A stretch of 64,000 bases of DNA from assembly GCA_965217585.1 (NCBI GenBank), contig OZ244561.1:5536001-5600000 (forward strand), in the 5' to 3' direction. A program made the position numbers and the translations under genes. This DNA is from Candidatus Latescibacterota bacterium (GTDB taxonomy: Bacteria; Latescibacterota; UBA2968; UBA8231). Shown here piece by piece: positions 8,882-19,146 of the stretch (position 1 is the first letter of the stretch; each line of letters starts with the position of its first letter). The notes beneath the pieces were generated by a model. That model saw only the letters and a program-made list of their open reading frames with translations. It searched no databases and had not been told where the DNA came from.

Positions 8882-9988
8882 TTGGAAATTCGTCCCGAAA
8901 AATTAAAAGCCGGCTCTTTGCGAGTCGGCTTTTCTCGTATCTGCGTTGGCCTTGCGCTGCTAATGGCTTCCGGCGTCCACGCCGAGCAACGCCTGCACAT
9001 CGGTGCCGATCCGCGCCTCGAATTGCTCACCGCGGTCCAACTCCTCAGCCAGTATCGCTATCTTACGCCCTATCGGCTGGATTACGCGCGCGACCTCATC
9101 ACCCACTTCTCGCGCTATCCCCCCCAGCAGGCCGTCGCCCTCTTTCGCAGCCTGAGCTTGGACACTGGGTGGTCCGATGCCTACCCAACCGCCATGCTCT
9201 ACCTGTCCGACCCACCCATACTAGAACCAACCCAACCCATTCCCCCCCACATCTTTCGCGCCTTCCGCGGCGAGGAAAACTTTACGCGCTTCGTCCACGC
9301 CTTGCGCAATTTTGCTCGCCAGACCCAATTCAACCACTTTTTTACCCGCAGCCAAAAGCTCTATAGCCTCCTCAGGGCCCGCCTCCTCGAGGAACTGGCC
9401 GGTGCCGATCCCACCGGCGAAGTCGAGGCCTATTTCGGCACCCGCCAACTCAGTTACCACCTCGTCCTCAGCCCGCTTTTGCACCACGGCGGGTTTGGCC
9501 CGCACATCGGCCGCCATGGGGGGCCATACGATGTCTATACGCTGCTCGGCCCCACGGATGCCACGCGTGGCCTACCCGAATACGGCCCCCGCGATCAGCT
9601 TTTGCAGATTATATGGCACGAATTCAGCCACGCCTTCGTCAATCCCCTCAGCGAGGAGTACTATCCAATGCTGAGGCCCCATGCCGATCTATTCACCCCG
9701 CTGGCCGAACAGATGGCCGGTATCGGCTATACCCACTGGCTCGACTGCGCCAACGAACACCTCATCCGCGCCGTCACCGCGCGCCTTGCCCACCATCACC
9801 TCGGCGCGGAAGCGGGTCGCCGTGCACTGCGCGAAGAATCCGCGCGCGGCTTCCGCTATATCCACGCCATAGCACGCCGCCTCGAAGAATACGAATCCCA
9901 GCGCGACCGCTACCCGACCTTCGCCGCCTTCTTCCCCCGCTTAATCGCCGTCTTTGCCGAGCTTACTCCCGAGGCTTTAGCGCACTAG
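8882..9988 (+). CDS. DUF4932-like exported protein with HExxH zinc motif
   Basis: DPRLELL N-terminus, WHEFSHAFVNP, downstream NEHLIRA, signal-peptide-like region. Confidence 0.65.
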   Translation: MEIRPEKLKAGSLRVGFSRICVGLALLMASGVHAEQRLHIGADPRLELLTAVQLLSQYRYLTPYRLDYARDLITHFSRYPPQQAVALFRSLSLDTGWSDAYPTAMLYLSDPPILEPTQPIPPHIFRAFRGEENFTRFVHALRNFARQTQFNHFFTRSQKLYSLLRARLLEELAGADPTGEVEAYFGTRQLSYHLVLSPLLHHGGFGPHIGRHGGPYDVYTLLGPTDATRGLPEYGPRDQLLQIIWHEFSHAFVNPLSEEYYPMLRPHADLFTPLAEQMAGIGYTHWLDCANEHLIRAVTARLAHHHLGAEAGRRALREESARGFRYIHAIARRLEEYESQRDRYPTFAAFFPRLIAVFAELTPEALAH

Positions 9989-11308
9989 CCGCCGGAACAG
10001 ATCCTCCTGAGGCGGTACTTCGAGCAGTTCGTCCAAGGTTCCGCGCTCCAGGCCCTCGGCAATAACGGCAAAACTCTCCCGCACCACGGCCGCAGTCTGT
10101 TCGACCTCGGCCTCACCGTGGGCGCAATTGAACATAAACCCAGCCGCCAAGATCACGCCGCGGCGGGCGTTCTCCTGGATGAACAGCGTGTGGACCTTGG
10201 CAGCCGTCACGGCATCCTCCGCGCCCAAGCGGATGCGGGGATGCGCAGCCACCCCCTCGCAGCTAGCGTCGAGCCCAGCGGCCGCCGCTGCCGCGTCGAT
10301 CTGCTCCTTAAAGAAGGTGCCGATGCGCTGAAAGTGACCCACGGCGTCGCGGCGCTCCAACTCGCGCAAGGTCGCCAGCGAGGCCGCCACGCCGATGTTG
10401 TCGTCCCAATAGGCGCTGGAGATAAACATCTGCGCAGCCGGTGCCATAAACTCCCGCTTGCCGACCACTGCGCCCATTGGATAGCCGTTGGAGATGGCCT
10501 TGGCAAAAACGGACATATCCGGCGTCACACCCGTGTATTCCTGGGCGCTGCCCAAGGCTACGCGGAACCCCGACGACACCTCGTCGAAGATGAGCACCAC
10601 CCCGTAGCGCGACGCCAACTCCCGCACGTTTTCCAAGTAGCCCGGCGGCGGCTCTTCGGAGCGCATCGGCTCCATGATGATGCAGGCCAACTCGCCGGCG
10701 TGCTCTTCGAGCAGGGCGGTGAGTTCATCGACATCGCCATAGGTAAAGGGCAGGGCCGTGCCCTCCAGACAGCGGGGCACGCCAATCGGCTCAATGCCAT
10801 TAAAGAGATGAGAGGCCAGCCGCTCGGCCCCGATATTGGCGGCCTGGTACCAGTCGTGCCAGCCGTGGTAGCCGCAAAACAGCACCTTGTCGCGGCCGGT
10901 GACCCCGCGCGCGATCCGCACCGCAATGGTGCAGGCCTCGCCCCCGCCCTTGCAGTAGCGCACCATTTCCGCCGAGGGCACGATCCTCACTAGCTCCTCG
11001 GCCAGCTCCACGGCCGACTCCTGGACGATGCTGTAGAGCGTCCCTCGGTCAATCTGGGCGCGGACCGCGGCATCGACGACCTCGTCGGCATAGCCCAAGA
11101 TCACCGGCCCCACGGCACTGGTCCAATCGATGTATTCGTTGCCATCCACATCCCAGATGCGACAGCCTTTAGCGCGCTCGGCGTAGATGGGGCTGACACC
11201 GAGCGCGGCCCGGGCGGGCCGCCGGCTGATGAGCTGGGTGGTGCCGGGGATGAGCGCTTTGGCGCGCTCGTAGATTTGCAATGAGCGGCGCACCGAGTGT
11301 TCTCGCAT
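9977..11308 (-). CDS. Class III PLP aminotransferase (glutamate-1-semialdehyde aminomutase-like)
   Basis: AKGCRIWDVDGNEYID, YHGWHDW, LIFDEVSSGFR, FAKAISNG. Start MREHSV at 11308. Confidence 0.9.
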   Translation of the reverse strand: MREHSVRRSLQIYERAKALIPGTTQLISRRPARAALGVSPIYAERAKGCRIWDVDGNEYIDWTSAVGPVILGYADEVVDAAVRAQIDRGTLYSIVQESAVELAEELVRIVPSAEMVRYCKGGGEACTIAVRIARGVTGRDKVLFCGYHGWHDWYQAANIGAERLASHLFNGIEPIGVPRCLEGTALPFTYGDVDELTALLEEHAGELACIIMEPMRSEEPPPGYLENVRELASRYGVVLIFDEVSSGFRVALGSAQEYTGVTPDMSVFAKAISNGYPMGAVVGKREFMAPAAQMFISSAYWDDNIGVAASLATLRELERRDAVGHFQRIGTFFKEQIDAAAAAAGLDASCEGVAAHPRIRLGAEDAVTAAKVHTLFIQENARRGVILAAGFMFNCAHGEAEVEQTAAVVRESFAVIAEGLERGTLDELLEVPPQEDLFRRLVR

Positions 11309-11322
11309 GACACAGGCTCCTT

Positions 11323-13182
11323 CTACCGCCCGCTGCGGAGCGGATTCTCGCGTGAAAAAGGCGTTTGGGGCGCGTTGGCAACACAAAGCCAAGAGCAATA
11401 CGGCGAGCCGCCCTCCCCGGCACTGGCAAAGTCGCACAAGCGTAGCTTGCTGCCGTCTGCGGCGACGACATCCAGTGCCACCATAGCCTCGGCCTCCACC
11501 AAATTCCCCCGCAAGCCCACCGCGTCGAGTGCCGGCACCTCATCCGGGTCCACGGCGTTGAGCCGGCGGTCGTAGGTCAAAAGCACCGGTCCCCTAAAAA
11601 TTGAGACCTTATCGCGGCACTCATTTTCGCCCTGCCAGTAGTGCATGGACATGTCCAGTTCGATGTCAATGGTATCGCCGGGCTGCCAGCACCTAGCCAG
11701 CGTTAGGTACGCCCCGGCCCGTACCTTGCTTACGGCCGCGCCGTTTATTCGCACCTTAGTCCGCTGCGACCAGTAAGGCACCCGCAATTTGAGCGCAAAC
11801 TCCGCCGCCCGAGAGGGATCGATGCGGATGCCCACGCGCCCGCTGCGGGGATACTCCGTCTCCTGGGTTAGTGCCACTGTCAGGCCGCGCCGCAGCCCCA
11901 CCCGCATCTGGCTCGGGCCGTACCAATTGAGCACCAGCCCCTCCTCGTCGCGCATCAGCGCCCAGTCCGAGACCATCCCCAACCCGCGCGGCCCGTTGAC
12001 GCTGCAACAGTTCAGCTCCGGGCTACCTTCGCGCGCTTGGAAGACGATGTCGTGAGCACTGGCCTTGCGCACCCCGTCCATCGGGGTGTTGTACGTAACC
12101 CAGCGACCACTCGCCGAATGCAGCCCGAGAATGGAATTGAGGGTCGATAGCTCAATCTCGTCGGCCACAAGCGAATTGCCGGTCAGCTTGAGCATCTCCA
12201 CGCTCGCGGCCACCCAAGCAATGGTGCAACAGGTCTCGATAGCGCCCTGATGGTAGGGGTTGCCTTGGGCGGCCTCGCCCGAAGAAAAGCCGCCGTTGTT
12301 GTGCCGGTCGAGTTCGACAATGCTCCACCAGATCTGCTCGAAAGCCCGGCGGTAGCGTTCCTCGCCGGTGATCCAGTACAACTCGGCCAAGGCCATGATC
12401 GGATGTAGGCTTTCCCAGCGCGGCTTGGGCGTTTGGAAGAAGGGATGACCGGCCAAGGCTTGGTTGAGGTAGTCGCCGGCGAGCGGCTGCTCGTCTGCGT
12501 CCAATGCGGCGAACTCATCGACCCATTGCAAGGCCAATTCCAGATAGTGCTCTTTGCCGGTCTGGCGATGGAGGATGCACAGGACGTGGACCGGGGCCAT
12601 GTTCATCTCCGTGCTGCCGGTATCGACCAGCCGCTGGCGCGGCTTGCCCATAAACTTCCGGCACAACAGCTCGGCCATGGACTCGACGCAGCGCAATACC
12701 TGTGCGTCGCGGCTATCCTCGTGCCAGAGCAACAAGCCCAGCATGGCGTGATAATGCCCCCAAGCATCCCACGTGGAACCGCGCTTGTTCATGACGTTGG
12801 GCGCGTACCCAGTCAGGCAGTGGCGGTGCGGCCAGGGGCCGAGATAGCCGTTTGCGTCTTGGTGCGCGATGAGCTTGGCGACGAAAGCCTGGAGATGTCT
12901 TTTCAGCGCTGGGTCGCCGGTCAGCCGCAGGATTTGCACCGCACTCGTCAGGTATTTGCCGGCAAATTCTCCGGCCCAAGGCACTTGGTCGCGGTAGGGC
13001 TTGCGGTCGCGGTCGGCAAACATGTCCAAGATCGCCGGATTGGCCGCGGGCGCGATGAGTAGCCACTGCTCGGTGACGGCGCGCAAATAGGCCGCAAAGG
13101 GACCGTCAAAGGCATAGCGGGTGCGGGATAAGCGGGTCAGTGCTGGTTGCACCGCCTGATGGCGGCCAGAGAAACCTTGCAT
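11323..13182 (-). CDS. Glycoside hydrolase family 127/146-like (beta-L-arabinofuranosidase domain)
   Basis: WAGEFAGKY, QDANGYLG, ETCC, CCSVNGPRG, QETEYP, LKLRVPYW. Confidence 0.85.
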   Translation of the reverse strand: MQGFSGRHQAVQPALTRLSRTRYAFDGPFAAYLRAVTEQWLLIAPAANPAILDMFADRDRKPYRDQVPWAGEFAGKYLTSAVQILRLTGDPALKRHLQAFVAKLIAHQDANGYLGPWPHRHCLTGYAPNVMNKRGSTWDAWGHYHAMLGLLLWHEDSRDAQVLRCVESMAELLCRKFMGKPRQRLVDTGSTEMNMAPVHVLCILHRQTGKEHYLELALQWVDEFAALDADEQPLAGDYLNQALAGHPFFQTPKPRWESLHPIMALAELYWITGEERYRRAFEQIWWSIVELDRHNNGGFSSGEAAQGNPYHQGAIETCCTIAWVAASVEMLKLTGNSLVADEIELSTLNSILGLHSASGRWVTYNTPMDGVRKASAHDIVFQAREGSPELNCCSVNGPRGLGMVSDWALMRDEEGLVLNWYGPSQMRVGLRRGLTVALTQETEYPRSGRVGIRIDPSRAAEFALKLRVPYWSQRTKVRINGAAVSKVRAGAYLTLARCWQPGDTIDIELDMSMHYWQGENECRDKVSIFRGPVLLTYDRRLNAVDPDEVPALDAVGLRGNLVEAEAMVALDVVAADGSKLRLCDFASAGEGGSPYCSWLCVANAPQTPFSRENPLRSGR

Positions 13183-13337
13183 GGCGTCTCCTCCGAAGGT
13201 GCGGCTGTGTTGCGCTTTGGACTATCTCGCCGCTGTAAGGGGGCATTTCTTGCCGGTAGCGGTGTTATATAATTTGACAGCCCGTTTAAGCTCCTCTTGT
13301 TTGCCTAACCAACCTCATCCCTAACTGGAGCTTCATC

Positions 13338-13940
13338 ATGCAACGCGCCTTGCCTCTTCTCGCCCTCTTGCTCGCTCTGCCGCTGGCTACCCACGCCTTT
13401 GATGAAAGACGCGAGGGCTTTCTGTTCGGTTTTAGCCTCGGGCCGGGCTATCAGTTCATCGAGCAGGAGTGGCTCATCGCCGGTGAGCCATCTCGGCGCG
13501 AAGACCGCGATTCAATATTCGGGGCCACTCTCCGACTCGGCTACGGCCTGACCGACCACCTCGTCCTAGGCTGGGTCTTGGACTTGGGCAGCGACACCGA
13601 CGACGACGAGATCAAGCTCCTCGGCACGGAAATCGAAAGGGGCAGCACCAGCTTTGAGATCAACGGCTTTAGCGCGACCTATTTCTTCAAAAAACGCGCC
13701 CCGTCGCCCTTCGTCGAGGCCGTCATCGGCACCGCGCGCTGGAACGACGGGGGCAACAACGTCCTCGACGGCCTTGGGCTGGCCGGCAGCATAGGCTACG
13801 AGATGCGCAAGCACTGGACGGTCCAAGGCACCCTCGGCTGGGGCACGCCAAACGCCGAGGCCACAATCGACGACCAAGCGGTCACAGCCGATGTCACGGG
13901 CTTGGCCATCGCCTTCAACGTCAGCTATCTCTGGTACTGA
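13338..13940 (+). CDS. Outer-membrane beta-barrel protein
   Basis: Signal peptide, alternating amphipathic strands, C-terminal aromatic FNVSYLWY. Confidence 0.7.
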   Translation: MQRALPLLALLLALPLATHAFDERREGFLFGFSLGPGYQFIEQEWLIAGEPSRREDRDSIFGATLRLGYGLTDHLVLGWVLDLGSDTDDDEIKLLGTEIERGSTSFEINGFSATYFFKKRAPSPFVEAVIGTARWNDGGNNVLDGLGLAGSIGYEMRKHWTVQGTLGWGTPNAEATIDDQAVTADVTGLAIAFNVSYLWY

Positions 13941-13946
13941 ACCGGC

Positions 13947-14939
13947 TCACTCCTGCTCTTCCATCTGGTCGTAGAACTGGACGATCTTGCCCCGGTCTTC
14001 AGAGGCGTTGAAAGCCATGCCGGACCGCGGGTGCTGGTTGAGCAGGCCGGTGATCATGTAGGGATAGTCGTAGCCCCACATCAGCTTGGAGCGCAGCGAC
14101 TCAACGTGCTGCTCAATGCACTTGAGCACTGGGCGCAAGCGAAATTTCGGATTGTGTAAAAAGCCCAACAAAAGCTCCATCTGGCAATTGCCCGCGCCGC
14201 GACCCAAGCCGGCAAAACTCGCGTCCACGCAATTGGCCCCCAGTATCGCGGCTTCGATGGTATTGGCAAAGGCCAGTTGCCGATTGTTATGGGCGTGGAT
14301 CCCGACCTCGATCGGGGTACCCTCGAAGTATTCGAGAAACATGTTGCACAGCGCGCGGATTTGCTCGCTATAGAGCGAGCCAAAGCTATCGACCACGTAA
14401 ACAGCCCCCACGTCTGAGTGCACCAGCATCTCCAGCGCGCTCTTGACCTCGGATTCCGGCACGGTGGAAACGGCCATTAAATTTAGGGTCGTCTCATAAC
14501 CCTTGTCGCGGGCGTCCTTAATCATGTCCAAAGCCAGCGACATCTGGTGGATATAGGTGGCCACGCGGATCATGTCCAACACGCTTTCAGACGCCGGCAG
14601 TATGTCCGTCTTGTAATCGCTTTTCTCGGCATCGGCCATGGCCGCCAACTTCAGCGAGGTATTGTTGTCGCCGACGATGCGGCGGATGTCCTCCTCGCGG
14701 CAGTGCTTCCACGGCCCAAACTCGCCGGGCGGAAACTGCTCCCGCGAGTTGATATAGCCGATCTCCATGTAGTCGATCCCACTCTCGATGCAGGCCTCGT
14801 ACACGCCTTTGACCACCTCGTCGTCGAACCCATGGTCGTTCATCAGGCCGCCATCGCGGATCGTGACATCGACGACCTTGATTTCCTCCCGGTACCCGAG
14901 CCAATTATCGGCCCAAGTCGCGCGGTTTTCCTCGCTCAT
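13947..14939 (-). CDS. DRE-TIM aldolase (4-hydroxy-2-oxovalerate aldolase/HMGL-like)
   Basis: DVTIRDGG, VVDSFGS, GIHAHNN, GLGRGAGN. Confidence 0.85.
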   Translation of the reverse strand: MSEENRATWADNWLGYREEIKVVDVTIRDGGLMNDHGFDDEVVKGVYEACIESGIDYMEIGYINSREQFPPGEFGPWKHCREEDIRRIVGDNNTSLKLAAMADAEKSDYKTDILPASESVLDMIRVATYIHQMSLALDMIKDARDKGYETTLNLMAVSTVPESEVKSALEMLVHSDVGAVYVVDSFGSLYSEQIRALCNMFLEYFEGTPIEVGIHAHNNRQLAFANTIEAAILGANCVDASFAGLGRGAGNCQMELLLGFLHNPKFRLRPVLKCIEQHVESLRSKLMWGYDYPYMITGLLNQHPRSGMAFNASEDRGKIVQFYDQMEEQE

Positions 14940-15046
14940 TGCTCTCTCCTGTTTATGTATGTAACTCAAGTATTGTCGAAAGGATATATACTGCGGCACA
15001 ACCGGCGAAAGGTCAAACCGGCCACACCATGTCGCAGCCGATGGCT

Positions 15047-16123
15047 CTAGGCTTTCTCTACAATTATTGCGCTTAGCTTGTCCGCGTCGATCTCCACGCC
15101 CAAACCCGGCCCTTCAAACGGATACAAGTAGCTGCCCTCGGCCCGCACCCTTTCCGCGGCCGGCGACGCCGTGTACAGCACCGGCCCCATTGGGTCGCAA
15201 GGCAAGTTGGTGTTGGGCATGGCAATGCCAAGGCTGACCTGCGCCGAAACCCCCAGCGTCGATTCTTGGTCGGTGCCGATCAGGCAGCGGAATCCGGCCG
15301 CCTCCGCTAGGGCGAAAAGCCGGCGGATATGGGTCGGGCCGCCGCAGACGCAGGCGACGTTAAAGGCCGTGCAGGCCCTTCTTTCAATGGCTTCCATGCC
15401 CAGCTCTAGGCTGTTGATGTGCCAGCTCACCGGCAAGTCAACGCGCCGCACAAATTCGGCCGAGATGCGCAGACTGCGCGTGGGCTGCTCAAAGTGATAG
15501 GGCGCGTGATGGCGCAGGACATCGGCGTAGCGGACGGCTGTTTCCCAATCGGTGAAGCGCCCGGAAAAGTCGATGGACTTGAGCTTGAGCCGGTCGTCGA
15601 AGCGGCGTTTGGCTTCGCCTAAGAAGCGGTCGTCGAGCGCGCTATCGCCCGACACGTAGTAGCGGAACAGATGATGGCCCAAGTCGAGCAGCCGCTGGAG
15701 ATAGCCCAGCGTGCGCTCGAAGTCCTCTTTTACCTGCCAGCCAAAGATCGGATAGCAGCAATAGAGCCGGTCCCGCATCTTGCCGCCCAAAAGCCGATAG
15801 GCCGGCACTCCTTGGGCCTTGCCGTTGAGATCGTAGAGCGCCAGGTCAATCGCCGAGGCGAGGTGGAGGTCGGTTACTGAGCTGTGGAAGGTGTGGCCGC
15901 GCAACAGCTCGTTGATCTCGGTAATGGCCCCGGCGTCCCGCCCCACCAGCAGCTCGTTGTACTGCCGGGCAATGGCCGGCAAATCCTCGGCGCGACTGTC
16001 GGACGCCTCGCCCCAGCCCTCTGGGCCGTCATCGACAAAGACCTTGACCAACACGTGCCCGGAGATGTGGCCGTAGTAGCGCGGGGTCTCTATCTGAATG
16101 GTTTCTACTTTGGTGATTTTCAC
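15047..16123 (-). CDS. Mandelate racemase/muconate lactonising enzyme family protein
   Basis: MKITKVETI, AIDLALYDLNGKAQGVPAYRLLGG, FEQP, GPGLGVEID. Confidence 0.88.
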   Translation of the reverse strand: MKITKVETIQIETPRYYGHISGHVLVKVFVDDGPEGWGEASDSRAEDLPAIARQYNELLVGRDAGAITEINELLRGHTFHSSVTDLHLASAIDLALYDLNGKAQGVPAYRLLGGKMRDRLYCCYPIFGWQVKEDFERTLGYLQRLLDLGHHLFRYYVSGDSALDDRFLGEAKRRFDDRLKLKSIDFSGRFTDWETAVRYADVLRHHAPYHFEQPTRSLRISAEFVRRVDLPVSWHINSLELGMEAIERRACTAFNVACVCGGPTHIRRLFALAEAAGFRCLIGTDQESTLGVSAQVSLGIAMPNTNLPCDPMGPVLYTASPAAERVRAEGSYLYPFEGPGLGVEIDADKLSAIIVEKA

Positions 16124-16125
16124 GA

Positions 16126-16235
16126 CTAGCTCCTTTGCAAGCGGCCCAACGCCGCGAGTAGGTGGTCGATTGTGGCCTCAAGTAAGAAAAAGGCGATGCT
16201 GACGCGCAAGCCCTAGCGCCCGTGTGGCAGGAATT
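16126..16235 (-). repeat. Copy D of the class V aminotransferase 3'-end repeat; supplies the RBS of the downstream enolase-family gene
   Basis: Reads LPHGR*GLRVSIAFFLLEATIDHLLAALGRLQRS*, homologous to the end of 19731..20930. Confidence 0.9.
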
Positions 16236-16252
16236 TGTGAGCAGAGGCACCA

Positions 16253-17746
16253 TCAGTACACCATCTCCCGGTAGCTCTGTGCAATCTTCTCGATCGCCAC
16301 GACGTACGCCGCGGTGCGCAGGTCGCGCACCTTGTCATGACTCAAAAACACCTCGCGCAGCTCGTTGTACGCCTGCCGCATGGTGTCGTCCAGGCCGGAT
16401 CGCACCAGGTCCAGCTCGTCGGCTCCGCGCACCAGATCGTGCCGCTGGGTTTCGGGAAGGGGTTTGCCGACCGCAGTCTCGATGGCCTCGACGATGCGCT
16501 GCCCGCGCAGCTCGTCGATACGCCGGTCCATGCGGCCGAAGCGAATGTGGGACAGGTTCTTGATCCATTCGAAGTAGGAGACTGCCACGCCCCCTGCGTT
16601 CAGGTAAGCGTCCGGAATCACCACTTTGCCGCGGTCGCGCAGGATTTTGTCCGCCTCGAAAGTGATCGGACCGTTGGCGGCCTCGGCGATCAGCGATGCC
16701 TGGATGCGCTCGGCGTTTTCGGTGGTGATCACCGACTCAGTGGCCGCGGGGATCAGGATGTCGCAGTCTGCTTCCAGCAAAAAACTGCCGTCCTCCACGA
16801 ACTCGGAGTCCCGAAAGCCCTGGCCGCCGCCCTTTTCGCGGCGATAGGTGGCGAGCTCCTCGATGTCTAGCCCATCCTCACACACCACGGCCCCCTCGCG
16901 CTCGATCAGGGCAACCACCCTGACGCCATCCTCTTCGGACAGGAACTTCGCGGCGTGGTACCCGACGTTGCCCAGGCCCTGGATGATTACGCGCTTGCCC
17001 TCCAGATCTCCATCCATCCCGGCCCTCTGCACATCTTCGGGATGGCGGAAGAATTCCCTGAGGGCGTACTGCACCCCGCGCCCCGTCGCCTCGGTACGGC
17101 CGCGGATTCCGCTCATGTGCACGGGTTTGCCGGTGACACAGGCGACGGCGTTGATGTCGTTGGGATACAGGGCGCGGTAGGCATCCGCGATCCACCCCAT
17201 CTCGCGCGGGCCCGTGCCCATGTCGGGAGCCGGTACGTTGAGGCTGGGGCTGATGTAGCCCTTCTTCGCCAGCTCCATCGTGAAATTACGAGTGATCAGC
17301 TCGAGTTCGGCGGCGTCGTAGTCGCGCGGATCGATCTGCAGGGCACCCTTAGAGCCCCCGTACGGGACGTCGACGATGGCGCACTTGTAGGTCATCAGGG
17401 CGGCCAGGGCCTCGACCTCGTCCTGGTCGGCGATCGGCGCATAGCGGATGCCGCCTTTCACCGGCAGGTAGTGCTCGCTGTGGACGGCGCGCCAGCCGGT
17501 GAAGACCCGGAATTCGCCCCGTATGTGAACGGGGAAGCTGACCTGGAACACGGAGTTGCAGGTCCTGATCTGGTTGGCGAGGCCCGGCTCGAGCTCCATC
17601 GTGGCGGCGGCCGCCTCGAACATCCGGTCGACGCTGCCCTTGAACGAATTCCTTAGCTCTTTCAAACCGGACCTCGCAGAACCTCTTTTTTGTACATGCT
17701 CTTCAACCCCTATTCTTCGATGATGGCCAGAGTTCGGTTTCTCCAT
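16253..17746 (-). CDS. gdhA: Glu/Leu/Phe/Val dehydrogenase (glutamate dehydrogenase)
   Basis: KGGIRY, MTYKCA..DVPYGGSKG, PAPDMGT, GRTEATGRGV, QGLGNVG, EAANGP, NAGGVAVSYFEW. Start uncertain. Confidence 0.92.
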   Translation of the reverse strand: MEKPNSGHHRRIGVEEHVQKRGSARSGLKELRNSFKGSVDRMFEAAAATMELEPGLANQIRTCNSVFQVSFPVHIRGEFRVFTGWRAVHSEHYLPVKGGIRYAPIADQDEVEALAALMTYKCAIVDVPYGGSKGALQIDPRDYDAAELELITRNFTMELAKKGYISPSLNVPAPDMGTGPREMGWIADAYRALYPNDINAVACVTGKPVHMSGIRGRTEATGRGVQYALREFFRHPEDVQRAGMDGDLEGKRVIIQGLGNVGYHAAKFLSEEDGVRVVALIEREGAVVCEDGLDIEELATYRREKGGGQGFRDSEFVEDGSFLLEADCDILIPAATESVITTENAERIQASLIAEAANGPITFEADKILRDRGKVVIPDAYLNAGGVAVSYFEWIKNLSHIRFGRMDRRIDELRGQRIVEAIETAVGKPLPETQRHDLVRGADELDLVRSGLDDTMRQAYNELREVFLSHDKVRDLRTAAYVVAIEKIAQSYREMVY

Positions 17747-17762
17747 GCCGCGTAATATATGG

Positions 17763-17828
17763 CTATCGCGCCGCGAACAGTTCGTCGATTTCGGCCTCAA
17801 GTAAGAAAAAGGCGATGCTGGCGCGCGC
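17763..17828 (-). repeat. Copy C (partial) of the aminotransferase 3'-end repeat
   Basis: Reads ARASIAFFLLEAEIDELFAAR*; shares GGCCTCAAGTAAGAAAAAGGCGATGCTG with copy D. Confidence 0.9.
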
Positions 17829-17840
17829 ACAAGCGGCTGA

Positions 17841-19141
17841 TTACTCAATCAAGACCGGCTCACTCGCATTGACAAACAGCACGTCGTTCGCCCCGTTATA
17901 GCACCGGAGCGTTTGCTCCACCTCGCCCGATTTGATTTCGTCATCGGTCAGGCCCGCGATGACCAGATCGGCCTTAGAGGATCGGAGCGATACCTCAAAT
18001 TCGAGAGCTTCACTGGTCGTGCAAGGAACCGACGTCACATTCTGCTTAGAGATCGGCAATCGTCCCTCCATCATCAAATTGGAGAGCTTCTGCGTTTCGC
18101 GTTCTGCGTCTCCAGAGTCGAGGCATGCGAAGAGCCGAATCTCGTCTGGAGCGTCTGCGCCAGCGCCATCTGGAACGAAGGACAAATCAGGGAATCCACG
18201 AAAATGCCCGCCCCGCTGACCTCGGTCCGCTCGATCAGTCTGCCCACATGGAGGCGGGCCTCGATCTCTTCAGTGAACGAGTATTCTCCCTGAAAAAACT
18301 GAATGAAGTGCCCAAACCCATGCCGGTGGCTGATCCAGCGCAGCAGGTCGAAGTGCCCCAGCCGGCGTTCGCCGAAACGGGTCACCGCGATAATCGAGGG
18401 CCGCCAGCCCCCTTCCGATTTCACCGCGCGGCTCTTCTGCAGCGTGATCTGCAGACGGCGAGTCAATTGGAACATCGTCCCTTGGAAAATCGCCGTCAGG
18501 TCGCGCTCGCCCCGCCGCGAGCGTCGCAGTCCGAAGTAAGTCGCTACCATGAGAGAGATCGCTACAAGCGCGTATAGCGCGTTCATTTGGATCATCATCA
18601 GGCCACACATTACTGCGCCTAGCAGCGATAGGTACCAGCGCGAATGGAAGGTAGGGCGGTACGACGGATTGCCAGCGAAATATTCTAGGAATGATACCGA
18701 GCAAAGGGCACCATAAGTCACCATGAAGAACATGCTGAGAATATGGGCGATAAAGTCAATGTCTCCCAAAACAACGAATGCGATGGCGATGGCACTCGAC
18801 ACGCAGGTCGCAGACACCGGCTCCTGTGCCCGGCCCCAACCTTTCGCCAGCAGGCGATTCAGTTTTGGAACGGGCAGCACGTTGTCGCGCGCTAGCGCTT
18901 GCAGAGTTCTGGGAGCGACGAGGATCGAACCAAGAATGGTCACGAGATGCCCGATAACGATGATCATGAGGCTGCCCCAAAGGCCGACATGCGCAACCGC
19001 GTATCCGAATCGCAGGAAGAGGATCGCTCCGAGGATCGTGCTGATTGACGCGAGAAAAACAGGCGCGGTGCCAAAGCCGTGCCCCACTTGGGAAGATTCA
19101 GATGGGCTACCTGTAGCCGGTCCAGTTTGTTGTGATGTCAA
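17841..19141 (-). pseudogene. APC/SLC12-like amino-acid or cation-chloride permease, internally deleted and frameshifted
   Basis: FGTAPVFLASISTILGAILFLRFGYAV jumps to GSILVAPRTLQAL (many TMs missing); NPSYRPTF present; frame break near 18145; C-terminal LMMEGRLP...DVLFVNA lies in another frame. Confidence 0.75.
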
Positions 19142-19146
19142 CGGGC

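Noticed and set aside
17747-17848. N-terminal extension of the 531-aa gdhA ORF
   Set aside because: It reads repeat copy C in a different frame and has no dehydrogenase similarity.
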